A DNA stretch of 64,000 nucleotides from Selaginella moellendorffii (taxonomy: Eukaryota; Plantae; Lycopodiophyta). The translations under genes were made by a program, and so were the position numbers. Positions within the stretch are counted from its first letter, which is position 1. Each line of letters opens with the position of its first letter. Shown piece by piece: positions 13,276 through 26,288 of this stretch. The stretch is taken from NCBI RefSeq assembly GCF_000143415.4, contig NW_003314293.1, forward strand, positions 1,359,104 through 1,423,103. The letters are read 5' to 3'. Below the pieces are notes generated by a model, which was not told where the DNA came from, did not search any database, and saw only the letters and a list, made by a program, of their open reading frames with translations.

Positions 13276-14782
13276 ATGCCAGAGGACGATGCATATCGAT
13301 TCGAGGTCACGGGGCCAAAGCGCAAGCATTTCAACTGGTAAAGAATCTCGCCGCCCTAGCTGCATTGATCTGTTTGAAGCGATTCTTGGCGGGCTGGGTG
13401 TGTGATTTTAGCAGTAGAATCCCGTTTCGATTGATTCCAATCGCCCCGGAGAGAATTCTCAGCTACCCTAGGCTTGTCTTTGGATCATAGCCTTTCATTT
13501 GTCCCATTTTGGTGTCTCTTTCGTTCACTTGCGTGCTAAGTGCTGATTGATAAGTAGCTAGAGTTATTTCGATGGCTAGTCTTTAGTGGATTGGTCCTCA
13601 CTTCTCCATTCTTTTTTTTTGTTGTTTCGCAAAGCTTGCTTGGGCTTGAGTTCATTGTCTACTTTTTCGTTTCATTGCTGCTAAGGACTTGGTCCGGTTA
13701 GAGTTCTCGTCCTTTAAAAGCTTTTTATCTCGATTCCTCGCGAGTTCTTACCATACATTCTTTCCAGGGATGTTCCGGACGACAAAAGAGCAATCTTGGC
13801 ATGCCTTGTGTCAAGCGTGTACTCACTCCAGCACGACAGATCGAAAAACTACACAGGAACTCCGCAAGCTCTCGCTCCTCCCTGGTGGACGTCCTTCAAC
13901 TACGAGCTCCTCGACGTGATCCTCGGCAATGACAAGCTCCGGATCAACGGCGCAGTGTTCGTGTGGAACTACAAAAACCACTGGAAGCCTGCCAGAGCTC
14001 CGATGGTGGTCCTGGCGCTCAGAGGCACGGACAGCCTAACCAGCGACTACATCGTCGACTTCAAGATCGCCAACCAGGAGCTTTACAAGACAGGCAGGTT
14101 CACAGCCGCGTACAACGCTCTCCGAAACGCCGTCGCATGGCATGGCAAGGACAACGTTTGCATCACGGGGCACTCGCTCGGAGCAGCGGTGGCGCTCTCC
14201 GCCGCTCGGATGATGGCATCGCAGGGCCAGTTCGTCGAGGCTCATCTCTTCAATCCGCCATTCTCGTCCTCGACCGCTCCATACAAGTCACTCTTTGGTG
14301 CTGAGACTTACAGCAATCTCCAAGAGGTTTACACCGTTGCAAAGGCCGGGCTCGTCAACTTACTGGTGGATGCTGCAAAGAGAAGGGAGTCCGAGGCAGA
14401 GTTTGCGGCACTTGGAAGCTGGTACCCGGACATGTATGTTCATCCCAGTGATCCGGTATGCTCGGGCTTTCTCGAGCACTTCAAGAACTATCAGTATATG
14501 CTACAGGGGAAGTACGCGAGATTGGCGATGCCTCACGAATCCATCGGGGGCGTGCTGTGCTCCTCCAAAGCGAAGCCGCATCACCTCATCCCCTCGGCAA
14601 GGCTTCACGTCCCAGCGGATGAAGGCAAAGCTGCGAGTGCTCGAGACGCTCATTCTCTTACACAGTGGTGGTCGGATGGAGCAGTCGTTCAGGTGCAATT
14701 TGTCAACTTGACAGGTCAAGAACACTTGGATCATCCGCTGCAAATCCCGTTTGGGGGGATAAGCTACGAAGCTATGGTGTAG
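13276..14782 (+). CDS. Class-3 lipase-like gene copy L2, intact, two exons (13276-13337, 13768-14782)
   Basis: GT-AG intron joins TG|G (Trp). Lid motif ALRGT, nucleophile GHSLG, family motif HLFNPPF, candidate Asp in VHPSDPVC and His in AHSLTQWW. Confidence 0.9.
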
Positions 14783-15273
14783 TACGCGGCAATGATTTCA
14801 TGGTACATATTTTCTCTGTGCTCAAAGAACCCGAGAAAAAAGATTTTTATTTTTTCCTGTGCTAGACCAAGGTTTGAAGAGAACGCGGCGTGTTTTTGAC
14901 GTTCAATCTTACTGGAAGAACGTCACAGGTGGATGTTTACCACGTCATGACTTTATAATGAACACTTTCATTGTCTTGCTCGAGCCAAAGCCTTCAAAGT
15001 AAGTTTGCTCGCGTTTGTTTTTGTTAGATGGTTAAAGAGAGAACGAGGCCGGATAATGAGGGTTGGCGGTTTCAACTAGAGAAGCACAAGCCAGTGAGCT
15101 TCCCGAAAATGAGAATTTTTAATCGATGAAGCGTCACTCTGCTTCCATGCTATGAGAAGGGTTTGCTCGAGGACATGGAAGGTAATCTTGTTCCATTATC
15201 AGTTCCTTTTGGGGCATCCCTTTTGCAGTAGTATAAGGTGCTTCTCGCCACTCTTCTAGGCATTGCCCTTGTG

Positions 15274-16518
15274 ATGAAGAAACGGAGAGAAGAAGCGCCT
15301 GTGTTGCTGCAAGACGACATTTTGGAGACGGTTCTCAGCTATGTGGACCTGGCCACACTAGCGACCTCATGCTCCGCCGTTTGCAAGTCATGGAACGCCA
15401 TCATCGGCGATCCATCCTTTCGCCGCCGCTGGTGCCAAAACAGTGGCCACAAGGAATCCTTGCGGCTTATGACTAGCTCCTTCGACTACGGCGAGCGTTG
15501 CCACGCCTGGGATCCATCACGGCCCCAACGCAGCGTGGAGTTTCCGTTGCCCCACAAAACGGAAGAATTTCCTAACGCTCAAGTGGTTGCTTCCGCGGGT
15601 GGCCTGGTATGCGTCTTCAGGACGCACAGGGGCATGGTTGATCCTGCTGATGATGTGTTTCACCTGGTGGTGGGGAATCCAGTGACCCAAGAGTGGAGCG
15701 AACTACCACCGCTCCATTGGGAGGACAGAGAAAGATGCACTTTAGCGGGAGTGATCGACTTTGCCATGTTCGTCGACAAGAATGGCTTCAAAGTCGGTCT
15801 GCACTACACCGCTGTCGACTTCTCAGGCCACTGGTGCTGCATCTACGACTCGGCAACGCGCTCCTGGTCTTCTCTCCCCAAGCTCCCGTTCTCGCCAGCC
15901 TACGTGAAAATGAAGGCGCAGCGGCTTTCAGATTACAGCGTGGACGTGGCACCCCCTGCTGTATTCCCAGGCTTGGACGATTACTTCTACGATCTCACCA
16001 TCCTGGGATTTTACGACTTTGGCCGCGCCAGGTGGAGCACCGGGGAACTCGTGCGCAGCCTGAGGATTACAACAGGCCTGGAAGACAAGGTTGACCCGGA
16101 TGGAGAGATCCTGCGCTGCGTCTTGCCGCTCCCGGGACTGTGCACCGCGAGGCTGTGGGAGTACAATGGCCAGCGATACTTGGCAAGTGGCTGGGTGTAT
16201 GCGGGAGGCTACCGCGAGGCAGGGGAGTCCGGAGTTGATGGCTATGGCGTGTGGAAGGTTGACGACAAGGGTGGCTTGGTTGCCGTCTCTGCAAAGACCC
16301 ATATATCGATCCTTCGTCAAGTGTACGCTGGGCAGCGCTCTATGGGAGCGGTTTTCCGTTGTTCTGTTCATGCAGAGGCCAATCTGGTGATCTTTTCAGA
16401 GATAGGGATCATGTTTGTTTACGACTTGAGCACAGGGGATTGGGGCGGAGTAGGGGGGCACGTAGATGAATATTCACAAGCAGTGATTTTTCGCCCGTCC
16501 CTCAGGGCACCTAGATGA
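15274..16518 (+). CDS. F-box protein F2
   Basis: Near-identical to F1. An in-frame TAG at 15229 blocks any long upstream extension, supporting the MKKRR start. Confidence 0.88.
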   Translation: MKKRREEAPVLLQDDILETVLSYVDLATLATSCSAVCKSWNAIIGDPSFRRRWCQNSGHKESLRLMTSSFDYGERCHAWDPSRPQRSVEFPLPHKTEEFPNAQVVASAGGLVCVFRTHRGMVDPADDVFHLVVGNPVTQEWSELPPLHWEDRERCTLAGVIDFAMFVDKNGFKVGLHYTAVDFSGHWCCIYDSATRSWSSLPKLPFSPAYVKMKAQRLSDYSVDVAPPAVFPGLDDYFYDLTILGFYDFGRARWSTGELVRSLRITTGLEDKVDPDGEILRCVLPLPGLCTARLWEYNGQRYLASGWVYAGGYREAGESGVDGYGVWKVDDKGGLVAVSAKTHISILRQVYAGQRSMGAVFRCSVHAEANLVIFSEIGIMFVYDLSTGDWGGVGGHVDEYSQAVIFRPSLRAPR

Positions 16519-18045
16519 TCCAGAAAGGAGGATGAACGCCACACAAACAGGTATTGTTAATCCTAGAGTACATAAATTGCAAGATATATTACATTATTGA
16601 GATTATTGTAATAGTAGCTTAGTATAATAAAATGTATTGAGAAGCAAAGATTAATTATAGAGTGGATAAATTTTTGCTCGTTTTTTGCATTTTATGAGTT
16701 GAATATATTTTTATTCAAAGAGTTTTAAAGATGGCACTAATTAATATTTACTAAGAAGTTTCTAGTTTATAACAATAATAGAAATTGTTGAACTTTGTGA
16801 ATTTCATCAATTGATGCTATTAAATAAAGGGTAATATCGTTTTTTCACTATGCATTTTTTTGAATTTTTTTTGTAATGTTGAGTCAACCAATAGGTGTAT
16901 GACATACATTAGGTTAGGGAAGAAGGTAGATATAATATTTATTTTTTTGCTTATTCAAAGAAATTTTGTGAGAGTAAAATTTTCTTTACTATAGCATGCT
17001 CCTTTCCTTAATTTTCTTTTTAGGGTAATAAGTCCATTTCTCACATCTTTATTTAAATCTTTGTAAGTTTTTTAATTTCTTTTTTTTACTACAAAAATAT
17101 TAAATCTATAAATATTCTTCAATCTCAATATAAATCATAGATGAGAATGCTATATTTTGAAGATTTCAAAGGGGAAAGGGGATTGTAGAGATTAGCTTTT
17201 TTTAAAACATATTAAAGAAAGATTAAGCCAACTTCAAGAATAAATAAAAATTTAATCTCAAAGAAGAAAGTTAATACACTTTATCATATTACTTCTTTTC
17301 AGATAAGGGAAAATGTGAATTTTTTTTTAAAAAGAATCATTCCTTTGGTAAAAAAATACATAAATCTAAGAAAAAGAAGCTAGCATGGTAGCACCTTAGG
17401 AAACTAAAAAAAAAGGTATAATATAAAATAGTTTAAAGATTTCTAAATTTAATTCAAATTTACACTTTCATTTTATAATCAATTTTTAACATCCTTATGA
17501 TGCCCCAAGATATGGGGGAATATAATTTCTCCTTCTTTGATCCCTATTAAATTCTTTTTTGTTCACAACAATATTTGCCAATTCTGTTATTAGAACAAGT
17601 TCCAAGAGTTAATAGGATTTAATGAATAAGTTTTTAAGCCTTCCTCACCACATAGCTATACTTTTAGTTATTAAGCAAAAGGACCATTCATTTTTTATTA
17701 AATTCCCCAATCATGTATTTAAAGTAAAGTTCTGATGAGTTATACAAAATATTCAAATAGTGCTACCCACACTTGAATTAAGAGCATTGACCATTCAATC
17801 TCCTAAAAAAGATAGAGCTAAATATTATACATTTCAACAAATCATTCAATTTATCCATTCATGTTTATTTTAACCTTGGACTCCTTAATATTTACATCAT
17901 CACCCACCATATGAAAATAACCTTTTTTGGTCATATTGGTTCTTTAGAATCTTCCTCTTATTATCCCAAAACCCCTTAATGTTTAGGAAAAAATTGCTTT
18001 GGGCTTTCACCCCACCTTCAAATATGTTTGTCCCTAGATATATCA

Positions 18046-18180
18046 AGCCTTGGACTCGGTCTTGGACATGGTTTCAAACTTGGTCTAAGACTTGATCCTA
18101 GACTTAATTTTAAACTTGATCTTAGAGTTGTTTTAGATTGGGTTTCGAACTCGGTCTTGGACTCTATCTCAACACTTCTA
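18046..18180. repeat. Degenerate 12-bp tandem repeat (about 11 units, consensus near GGTCTTRGACTT) inside the AT-rich repeat
   Basis: ggtcttggacat ggtttcaaactt ggtctaagactt gatcctagactt aattttaaactt gatcttagagtt; also at about 29071-29205, 41345-41465 and 62925-63045; deleted in unit 1. Confidence 0.75.
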
Positions 18181-19139
18181 TATATTACAATAATTGCCAC
18201 ATGTTAGTCATTCTTTTGTCTCTTTTTTTAAAATTCATTTATTAATCATTTTATACTCATTCCTCAAACATTTTTTTAGGAGTTTATTTCCACTCTCAAC
18301 TTTTTAAGTCAAAACTTTTGGTCCAATATGATATGCTTATTGAACTTTTGCCTCAACCACTACCTCACATTCAACTTTACTTTGTGGCTTAAGGATTTAT
18401 GTTTTATAAGTGTTTCATAACTAATCCAGTTTGATATATTTGATATATAACTTATATATGGCATGGCTATCAAGAAGAAGGCAGTAATCATAATGTAATA
18501 TTGAGGCTTAGGGGAAAAACATATTTAAAAGCTAAAAACACCTAAGTAAGATTTTAGAGCTAAAATTCTATCACAATATTTAATTTTGTGTTTTCAATTG
18601 CTATATAGGATAAAGAGAAATTAGTGCCATAAGGTTGGGGTGTTTACCATGTAGGAGTGAGGCATAAAATTTATGGAGGTTTAAATAAAGGCACTTCTCA
18701 CCCAAGTCTTTAATTCAAACCCCATATTTATATGATAAATGGAAAATTATGAAGTAAATTTTTATGTAGATTTTATGACATTTTAGGCTATAATAGATTT
18801 GATTGTCATCACTTTTTTCAATTGCAAATTTAGCCATTTGGAGAAAAAGGAACTCATCCTATTGTTCTATTTCATTAGTGTTCTTAAGTTTAGAAAAGAA
18901 TTTAATAAAACTATACAAATAAGTAATTTGTTGAGTTCAACTATCTATTAAGTTGCATTTTATTATAGGGTTAAAATATCTCGAGAATGGTTAAGAAAAG
19001 TAAAGAAGTTAGGAAAAACATATCAAATTTAAAAGTATGCTATTTTTTTAAAAAGAGAAACATTCTTTCCTTATATTTCTTAGATTCTATCACAAAATTT
19101 ATTCAATCAATTACAAAACTCAATTATTATTTTATATAT

Positions 19140-22100
19140 CCTGAGGGCAAGTGTATGGCTACGATGCCGTATACTAATATTAGCATAATAGGATTTTGGT
19201 AGCTGTCAGATTAGTTTCAATCCAGACCACTCACTTCTGTATATAAGCTAAGGTTTTTGGGTTAATTAATATGCACATTTCTATATTCCCTTTCCATATT
19301 CCATGCACTCACATTGGTGGAGGTAAAGGGCACCTTTGATTGTCCCTGAAGAGTGTTTGGATTTGAGATTTTGGTTTATATCTAGCTTTTGTATTGTTTA
19401 GATCTAACTTTTTCCATTTCCTTCCTTTTGTTCTTTCTTTTTAGGATTTTGGTTTAGATCTAGCTTTTTGCATTGTCTAAATTTATCATTTCCTTCTAGC
19501 TTTTTTCTCTTTTTTTGCTCTTTCTTTTTCATTCATTTTCATGGTAGATCAACAATCTCCTCTAACTCGAGTAGTAGTTGGTACAATTGCTTGATACTAT
19601 GTGCTTGCAATTGAACAACCAAACTCAATTGATGGCAGCATTCACGGCACGTGGTACAACTCCTGCTCTTGGTGCCAATCCTTGCATTCGGCCGGAGTTC
19701 TTTCGCGGGAATCCTAGGGATGATGTGTACCATTGGTTTAATCACTTCATGGTGATTGCCATATATCATTCTTGGGATGATACTCGCTATTTGTGTGGGT
19801 TTCCCACATGTCTCCAAGGGACGGCATTGCAGTGGTACAATGGTTTGAGCGCAACCACTCGTGAGGATTGAGTATTCTGCAAATTGATCATGACAAACTT
19901 GTAACTGTTCTAAAGTTCCTTACTCCGAAGTGTGTGAATGATGTGCAACGCTTCTTGGGCAAGGTGCAATATCTTGGTTGTTTTGTAGATCATCTTTCTG
20001 ATCACATTGCACTGTTGCGAGCGTTGCTAAAGTCATCAACATCATCTTTCATCTGGTCTCTAGATTGTGAGTGGGCGTTCAGGGATCTCAAAGAGCTATT
20101 GACGACTCCTCTGATTTTGGCATATCCTAACTACACTTAACCTTTATTTTGCGCATGGATGCTTATGACATTGATCTTGGAGGTGTGTTGATTCAAGAGA
20201 GCTCGAGTGTGCCTGGTCAGTGCCATCCCATTGTGTATATAATCCATACATTACAACCAGCGGAAATGAACTACTCCACGACAGAGAATGAGTGTTTAGT
20301 AGCAATTTAGGGTTTCAAGAAACTTCATGCATATCTACATGGTTCTCGGACGTTACTTGAAGGTGATCATGCTGTTGTTACTTCATTATTGAAGCAGAAG
20401 AACCTAGTTAGTCATACTGCTTAATAGGCGTTGAAGCTTTAGATATATGATTTTGATGTTATTCATCGCCCTGGGAGTTCTTTGGCTGATGTTGATGCCC
20501 TTTTTCGAGCTCTTCTTTCTTCTCCATTCTTTTCTCATGTTTCTGACGAGCCTGTTGTTCTAGCCTCTGTGGATTTTCTATACGAGGATTCTGTGCCGTT
20601 GACAGTTGTTGTACTTGACGTTCAGTGTCCACAAGGCGTAGAGCAAGATCTACCTTCTCTTGATGAGGTTCACGAGGCTCAAAAGATTGAGTTGTGGATT
20701 CGAAGACTTTAAGATGGGTTTAAGAATCTTGCATCACTTGCTGATGACTTGCCTTTCCGGCATTTACATTCTCAATATCACCTTGAAGACGGCCTTCTTT
20801 ATTTTGTGGGGACGGATCCTAATGATCATTTACGGCTAGTGGTGCCTTCTATATTTATTCCGCGGTTTCTCTATGCCTAACATGATTCTGGTGGGCATAT
20901 GGGACATCGTCGCGTAACCGAGAAGCTACGTAGGTCTTTCTATTGGCCGGAGATATAATGTGATATTATCCGGTATGTACATAGCTGCGTTTAGTGCCAA
21001 GCTCGTAATACTCCCCTTCGGGTTGCAGAAGGACCATTGGAGTCAATTACAATTTCCCGTCTGTTTGAGTTGGTGGCATTTGATCTTATGGGACCTTTTC
21101 CACGATCGACTATTGGCAATGAGTATGTTATTATTGCTTCTGATTACTTGACTCGTTGGGTGGAAGTTGGTGCTCTTGTTAGCGCCTCTGCAACTGTTGT
21201 TGGATACTTCCTCCTCAATCGAGTGGTGTTCCAACATTCTTGTCCAGAGCGAATTCTTTCGAATAGAGGTCCTGCATTTATGGCTGAGGCATTTCATGTT
21301 TTGATGTCTCGGTTGGGGATACGCCACACTTTCACGAGTACTTATCATCCACAATTAAACGGTCTGGTGGAATAACTCATTTGGACATTCAAGGGGATAA
21401 TTGCAAAGTATGTGAACTTTTAGCATTCGGATTGGGATAGTTATTTGCCGTCTCTTCGGTATGCATATATCACAAGGGTGCAGAGTTCTATTGGTGCTTC
21501 ACCATATAAACTCCTATATGGTCATGATCTAATATTACCAATGGAACTAGGTTTACCTTTGCGATTGCCATGAGTTGCAAATACTAGGTTGTGGGATCAG
21601 TATTTGACAAGCATTCTTCCACTTGTCCAAGCGGAGTTTGCCAAACACTTAGGCCACATACAAGTGGGACAACAACGATGGTACAACTCCCATCATCGTC
21701 CACCTGCAGAGTACAAAGTGGATGATTTGGTGTTAGTCCATTTTCCCCATCTTATGGTACGTGGTTTATCTAAAAGGCTCTTTGCATAATGGAAAGGACC
21801 ATATTGGGTGTTATGGCAAGTTGGACCACAAGTTTATGAGGTTCGGCATGATATCCAGCAGGCTGATCTTCCAGAGATTGTGTATGTGCAGCAGTTGAAA
21901 CGCTTCATACAAAGGGATCAGGAGCAGTTAATACCACCTACAGATCCACCGATGCCTCCTCTTGACATTCCTCTAGATCCTGGCCTGTCTACAAGAGAAC
22001 CCTAATGCTCTTCCATTATTCTAAGAGGAGGGGATGATGTGAGGGCCAAGTGTATGGCTACAATGCCGTATACTAATATTAGCATAATGGGATTTTGGTA

Positions 22101-22208
22101 GCCATTGGATTGGTTTCAATCCAGACCACTCACTCCTGTATATAAGCTAGGGTTTTTGGGCTAATTAATATACACATTTCTGTATTCCCTTTCTATATTC
22201 CATGCACT

Positions 22209-22212
<4 letters not shown>
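19140..22212 (+). mobile_element. Ty3/Gypsy LTR retrotransposon B (same insertion as A, duplicated with the unit)
   Basis: LTRs 19140-19313 and 22038-22212; same flanks, same internal deletion and many of the same stop codons as A. Confidence 0.92.
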
Positions 22213-22268
<56 letters not shown>

Positions 22269-24361
22269 TTGCATGCCACTTCTTTGCATGGTAAAAAAAC
22301 AATAAGAAAAACCAGTAAAATTATTTATGGGAGCATAAAGTCGCTTGATTTGGATCAATGTTATAAACTAGCATTGAGATTGATTTAACAGGTCTAAAAT
22401 TCATAAGTGTTATTGTGCTGCAAAAGAAACACATGAGAAAAAAATAGAAGTAATAAAAAAAGCTATAAGAAAAAAGGGAAAAAAAGTAACAATAAAAAAG
22501 AAAGAAGTAACAACTACTAAGAAAAAAGAGAGAGAAGAAGTAGTAGTCATAAAAGCTGAAGTAATAAAGAAAAAAAATTAGAAGCTTTGGAAAAACATGA
22601 GAAGGAAAAAGAAATAATAAAAAAAACTAATTTGTTGCATATTGTATGCAACAACACTTGATTTTCTTAATAATAGTGTAATTCTTGTTTAGTATTGTTT
22701 AATAATATAATTGATCAATCAAAAATTTATAATTTAAAAATATAAGATTAATTTTATTGCACACCAATAAAATAGAATATACTAGAAAGTGTTTAGAAAA
22801 ATTTATAATTTATAAACATGTTTGTAAACTATAAGAATAAAAACTATTAAATAGTAGAATATCCCAGAATATCTAAATATATTTTTGATGTATTCCCTCT
22901 CTTCAATAGAAAAATTTTGGATGTTAAGGGCTTTCTAGTGAATAAAGTTTCCTTGCATTTTTTCTTGCTAGAGTCTGCCCAACACCTAGCACCCATAACT
23001 TATTATGAAGAGTGGAGAAGGTTGGAGATGGCTCCTCTATGCTAGATATGGCATTGCTATGTCCTCTTCTTGGCAAGAAAGAATAAGAATTCTCACTCAA
23101 GCTAAGAGTTTATTTTGTGTTTGTGGCTATTATAGGGAGAGTGTTGGCACTGCTTTCATTAGCTTCAGGGTTTATAGTGAATTCTCATGTCACGAGTTTA
23201 CATATCTTTTTTCTGCCATATTCATCAAGTGCAATATGTGTGATCCAAGTGAGAAAGAGAGACGTAAGGCATTTCTTTTTTCTCATATCTATCCTAGAGC
23301 AAATTACTAAGGCATTCAAGGAGCACAAAACAATGTTTGTGAGACTGGATGTATATATTAACTATGTGAGCATTGCCGAGCAAAGGGACTTCCTCAGCAA
23401 TGCAAAATGGTGCAAGGTCTTGAGTGTGAACCCATCAAATGCACAATCCAAGTAGTAAGTCTCAATTCTCACAATTTCCTCATTCCACATTCTGGATCTC
23501 AAGAGAGCACACTCTAGCCATAAGAATCTGATGTGGGAGAGGAAGAACATTGTGCTAAACTTAATGTTTTATGACTTTATGAGAGAAATGACAAGTTGTT
23601 TGGAAGCAATTGAGGAGGATTGGGTGTTGGGAATTGTGAGTATTGGAATATTTACACTTATTTCTCTGCCAGGATCTAGATGAAGTGATAGTGAAGTTCT
23701 AGGAGAAGAATTGAGTTCTGAATTAATGTGTGGTGCTCATATCAAATTTCACTGCTATTGCATCCAAGAAAGAAAGTAAAGTGGTTAATACTGATAAAAA
23801 ACTTTTTTCAACTTTGAAAGGGTAGGGTGTAAGCTTTATATATAAAGAATGCTGAAAGTTATTGTGAGTATGGGATGGGTTTGGGTATTTGGGAGCTAGG
23901 ATTGTATATATCTGGGAACCAATGGGGGAGCCAATGGCAATGTTGTAGTTTGTTTCCTTGATAAATTTAGTTACTTATCTTTTTTAGTCTAACAAGAGAC
24001 AAAGTTTTCATACACATTAGTATCCAGTTTAACTCTAGTTCAAAAAGCAATTTACTCTTTACTGTGTTAATAAATTATGTTACTACTTTCTTTTGAAGTT
24101 TTAGACTCATTAAATAACATAAACCTTTATTTATCATTATGTTTCACTATTTTTTTAAAAATGGTTTAAATTTAAATAGCTATAAATATAACGAAACAAG
24201 CATTTGCTCGGTAAAGAAAAAATCCAAATAAATAGGAATAAGAACCACCCTAGGGCCTGTTGAATTTTGGTTTGAAAATTTGGCTGAAGTGTCGGCGGTG
24301 TCCACGATGCGAGAGAACGCGTTCAAGCCCTAGCCAGCGTTCCAGGCGGGGCCGATCGCCA

Positions 24362-25809
24362 ATGCCAGAGGACGATGCATATCGATTCGAGGTTACGGGG
24401 CCAAAGGGCAAGCATTTCAACTGGTAAAGAATCTCGCCGCCCTAGCTGCATTGCTCTGTTTGAAGCGATTCTTGGCGGGCTGGGTGTGTGATTTTGTCAG
24501 TAGAATCCCGTTTCGATTGATTCCAATCGCCCCCGAGAGAATTCTCAGCTACCCTAGGCTTGTCTTTGGATCATAGCCTTTCATTTGTCCCATTTTGGTG
24601 TCTCTTTCGTTCACTTGCGTGCTAAGGGCTGATTGATAAGTAGCTAGAGTTCTTTCGATGGCTAGTCTTTAGTGGATTGGTCCTCACTTCTCCATTCTTT
24701 TTTTTTTGTTGTTTCGCAAAGCTTGCTTGGGCTTGAGTTCATTGTCTACTTTTTTGTTTCATTGCTGCTAAAGACTTGGTCCGGTTAGAGTTCTCGTCCT
24801 TTAAAAGCTTTTTATCTCGATTCCTCGCGAGTTCTTACCATACATTCTTTCCAGGGATGTTCCGGACGACAAAAGAGCAATCTTGGCATGCCTTGTGTCA
24901 AGCGTGTACTCACTCCAGCACGACAGATCGAAAAACTACACAGGAACTCCGCAAGCTCTCGCTCCTCCCTGGTGGACGTCCTTCAACTACGAGCTCCTCG
25001 ACGTGATCCTCGGCAATGACAAGCTCCGGATCAACGGCGCAGTGTTCGTGTGGAACTACAAAAACCACTGGAAGCCTGCCAGAGCTCCGATGGTGGTCCT
25101 GGCGCTCAGAGGCACGGACAGCCTAACCAGCGACTACATCGTCGACTTCAAGATCGCCAACCAGGAGCTTTACAAGACAGGCAGGTTCACAGCCGCGTAC
25201 AACGCTCTCCGAAACGCCGTCGCATGGCATGGCAAGGACAACGCATCGCATGGCCAGTTCGTCGAGGCTCATCTCTTCAATCCGCCATTCTCGTCCTCGA
25301 CCGCTCCATACAAGTCACTCTTCGGTGCTGAGACTTACAGCAATCTCCAAGAGGTTTACACCGTTGCAAAGGCCGGGCTCGTCAACTTACTGGTGGATGC
25401 CGCAAAGAGAAGGGAGTCCGAGGCAGAGTTTGCGGCACTTGGAAGCTGGTACCCGGACATGTATGTTCATCCCAGTGATCCGGTATGCTCGGGCTTTCTC
25501 GAGCACTTCAAGAACTATCAGTATATGCTACAGGGGAAGTACGCGAGATTGGCGATGCCTCACGAATCCATCCGGGGCGTGCTCTGCTCCTCCAAAGCGA
25601 AGCCGCATCACCTCATCCCCTCGGCAAGGCTTCACGTCCGAGCGGATGAAGGCAAAGCTGCGAGTGCTCGAGACGCTCATTCTCTTACACAGTGGTGGTC
25701 AGATGGAGCAGTCGTTCAGGTGCAATTTGTCAACTTGACAGGTCAAGAACACTTGGATCATCCGCTGCAAATCCCGTTTGGGGGGATAAGCTACGAAGCT
25801 ATGGTGTAG
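24362..25809 (+). CDS. Lipase-like copy L3 with a 60-bp in-frame deletion of the catalytic motif (pseudoenzyme or pseudogene); exons 24362-24423, 24855-25809
   Basis: GKDN joins directly to ASHGQF; VCITGHSLGAAVALSAARMM is absent and the frame is preserved. Confidence 0.8.
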
Positions 25810-26288
25810 TACGCGGCTACATATTTTCTCTGTGCTCAAAGAACCCGAGAAAAAAGTTTTTTTATTTTTTCCTGTGCTAGACCAAGGTTTGAAGAGAACG
25901 CGGCGTGTTTTCGACGTTCAATCTTACTGGAAGAACGTCACAGGTGGATGTTTACCACGTCATGACTTTATAATGAACACTTTCATTGTCTTGCTCGAGC
26001 CAAAGCCTTCAAAGTAAGTTTGCTCGCGTTTGTTTTTGTTAGATGGTTAAAGAGAGAACGAGGCCGGATAATGAGGGTTGGCGGTTTCAACTAGAGAAGC
26101 ACAAGCCAGTGAGCTTCCCGAAAATGAGATTTTTTAATCGATGAAGCGTCACTCTGCTTCCATGCTATGAGAAGGGTTTGCTCGAGGACATGGAAGGTAA
26201 TCTTGTTCCATTATCAGTTCCTTTTGGGGCATCCCTTTTGCAGTACTATAAGGTGCTTCTCGCCACTCTTCTAGGCATTGCCCTTGTG

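Noticed and set aside
13276-14782. EDS1/PAD4/SAG101 or true GDSL lipase identity
   Set aside because: There is no EP domain after the lipase fold and no N-terminal GDS(L) motif; the nucleophile is a GxSxG class-3 type.
18046-18180. CRISPR-like array
   Set aside because: Contiguous degenerate 12-mers without unique spacers, in a eukaryotic context with no cas genes.
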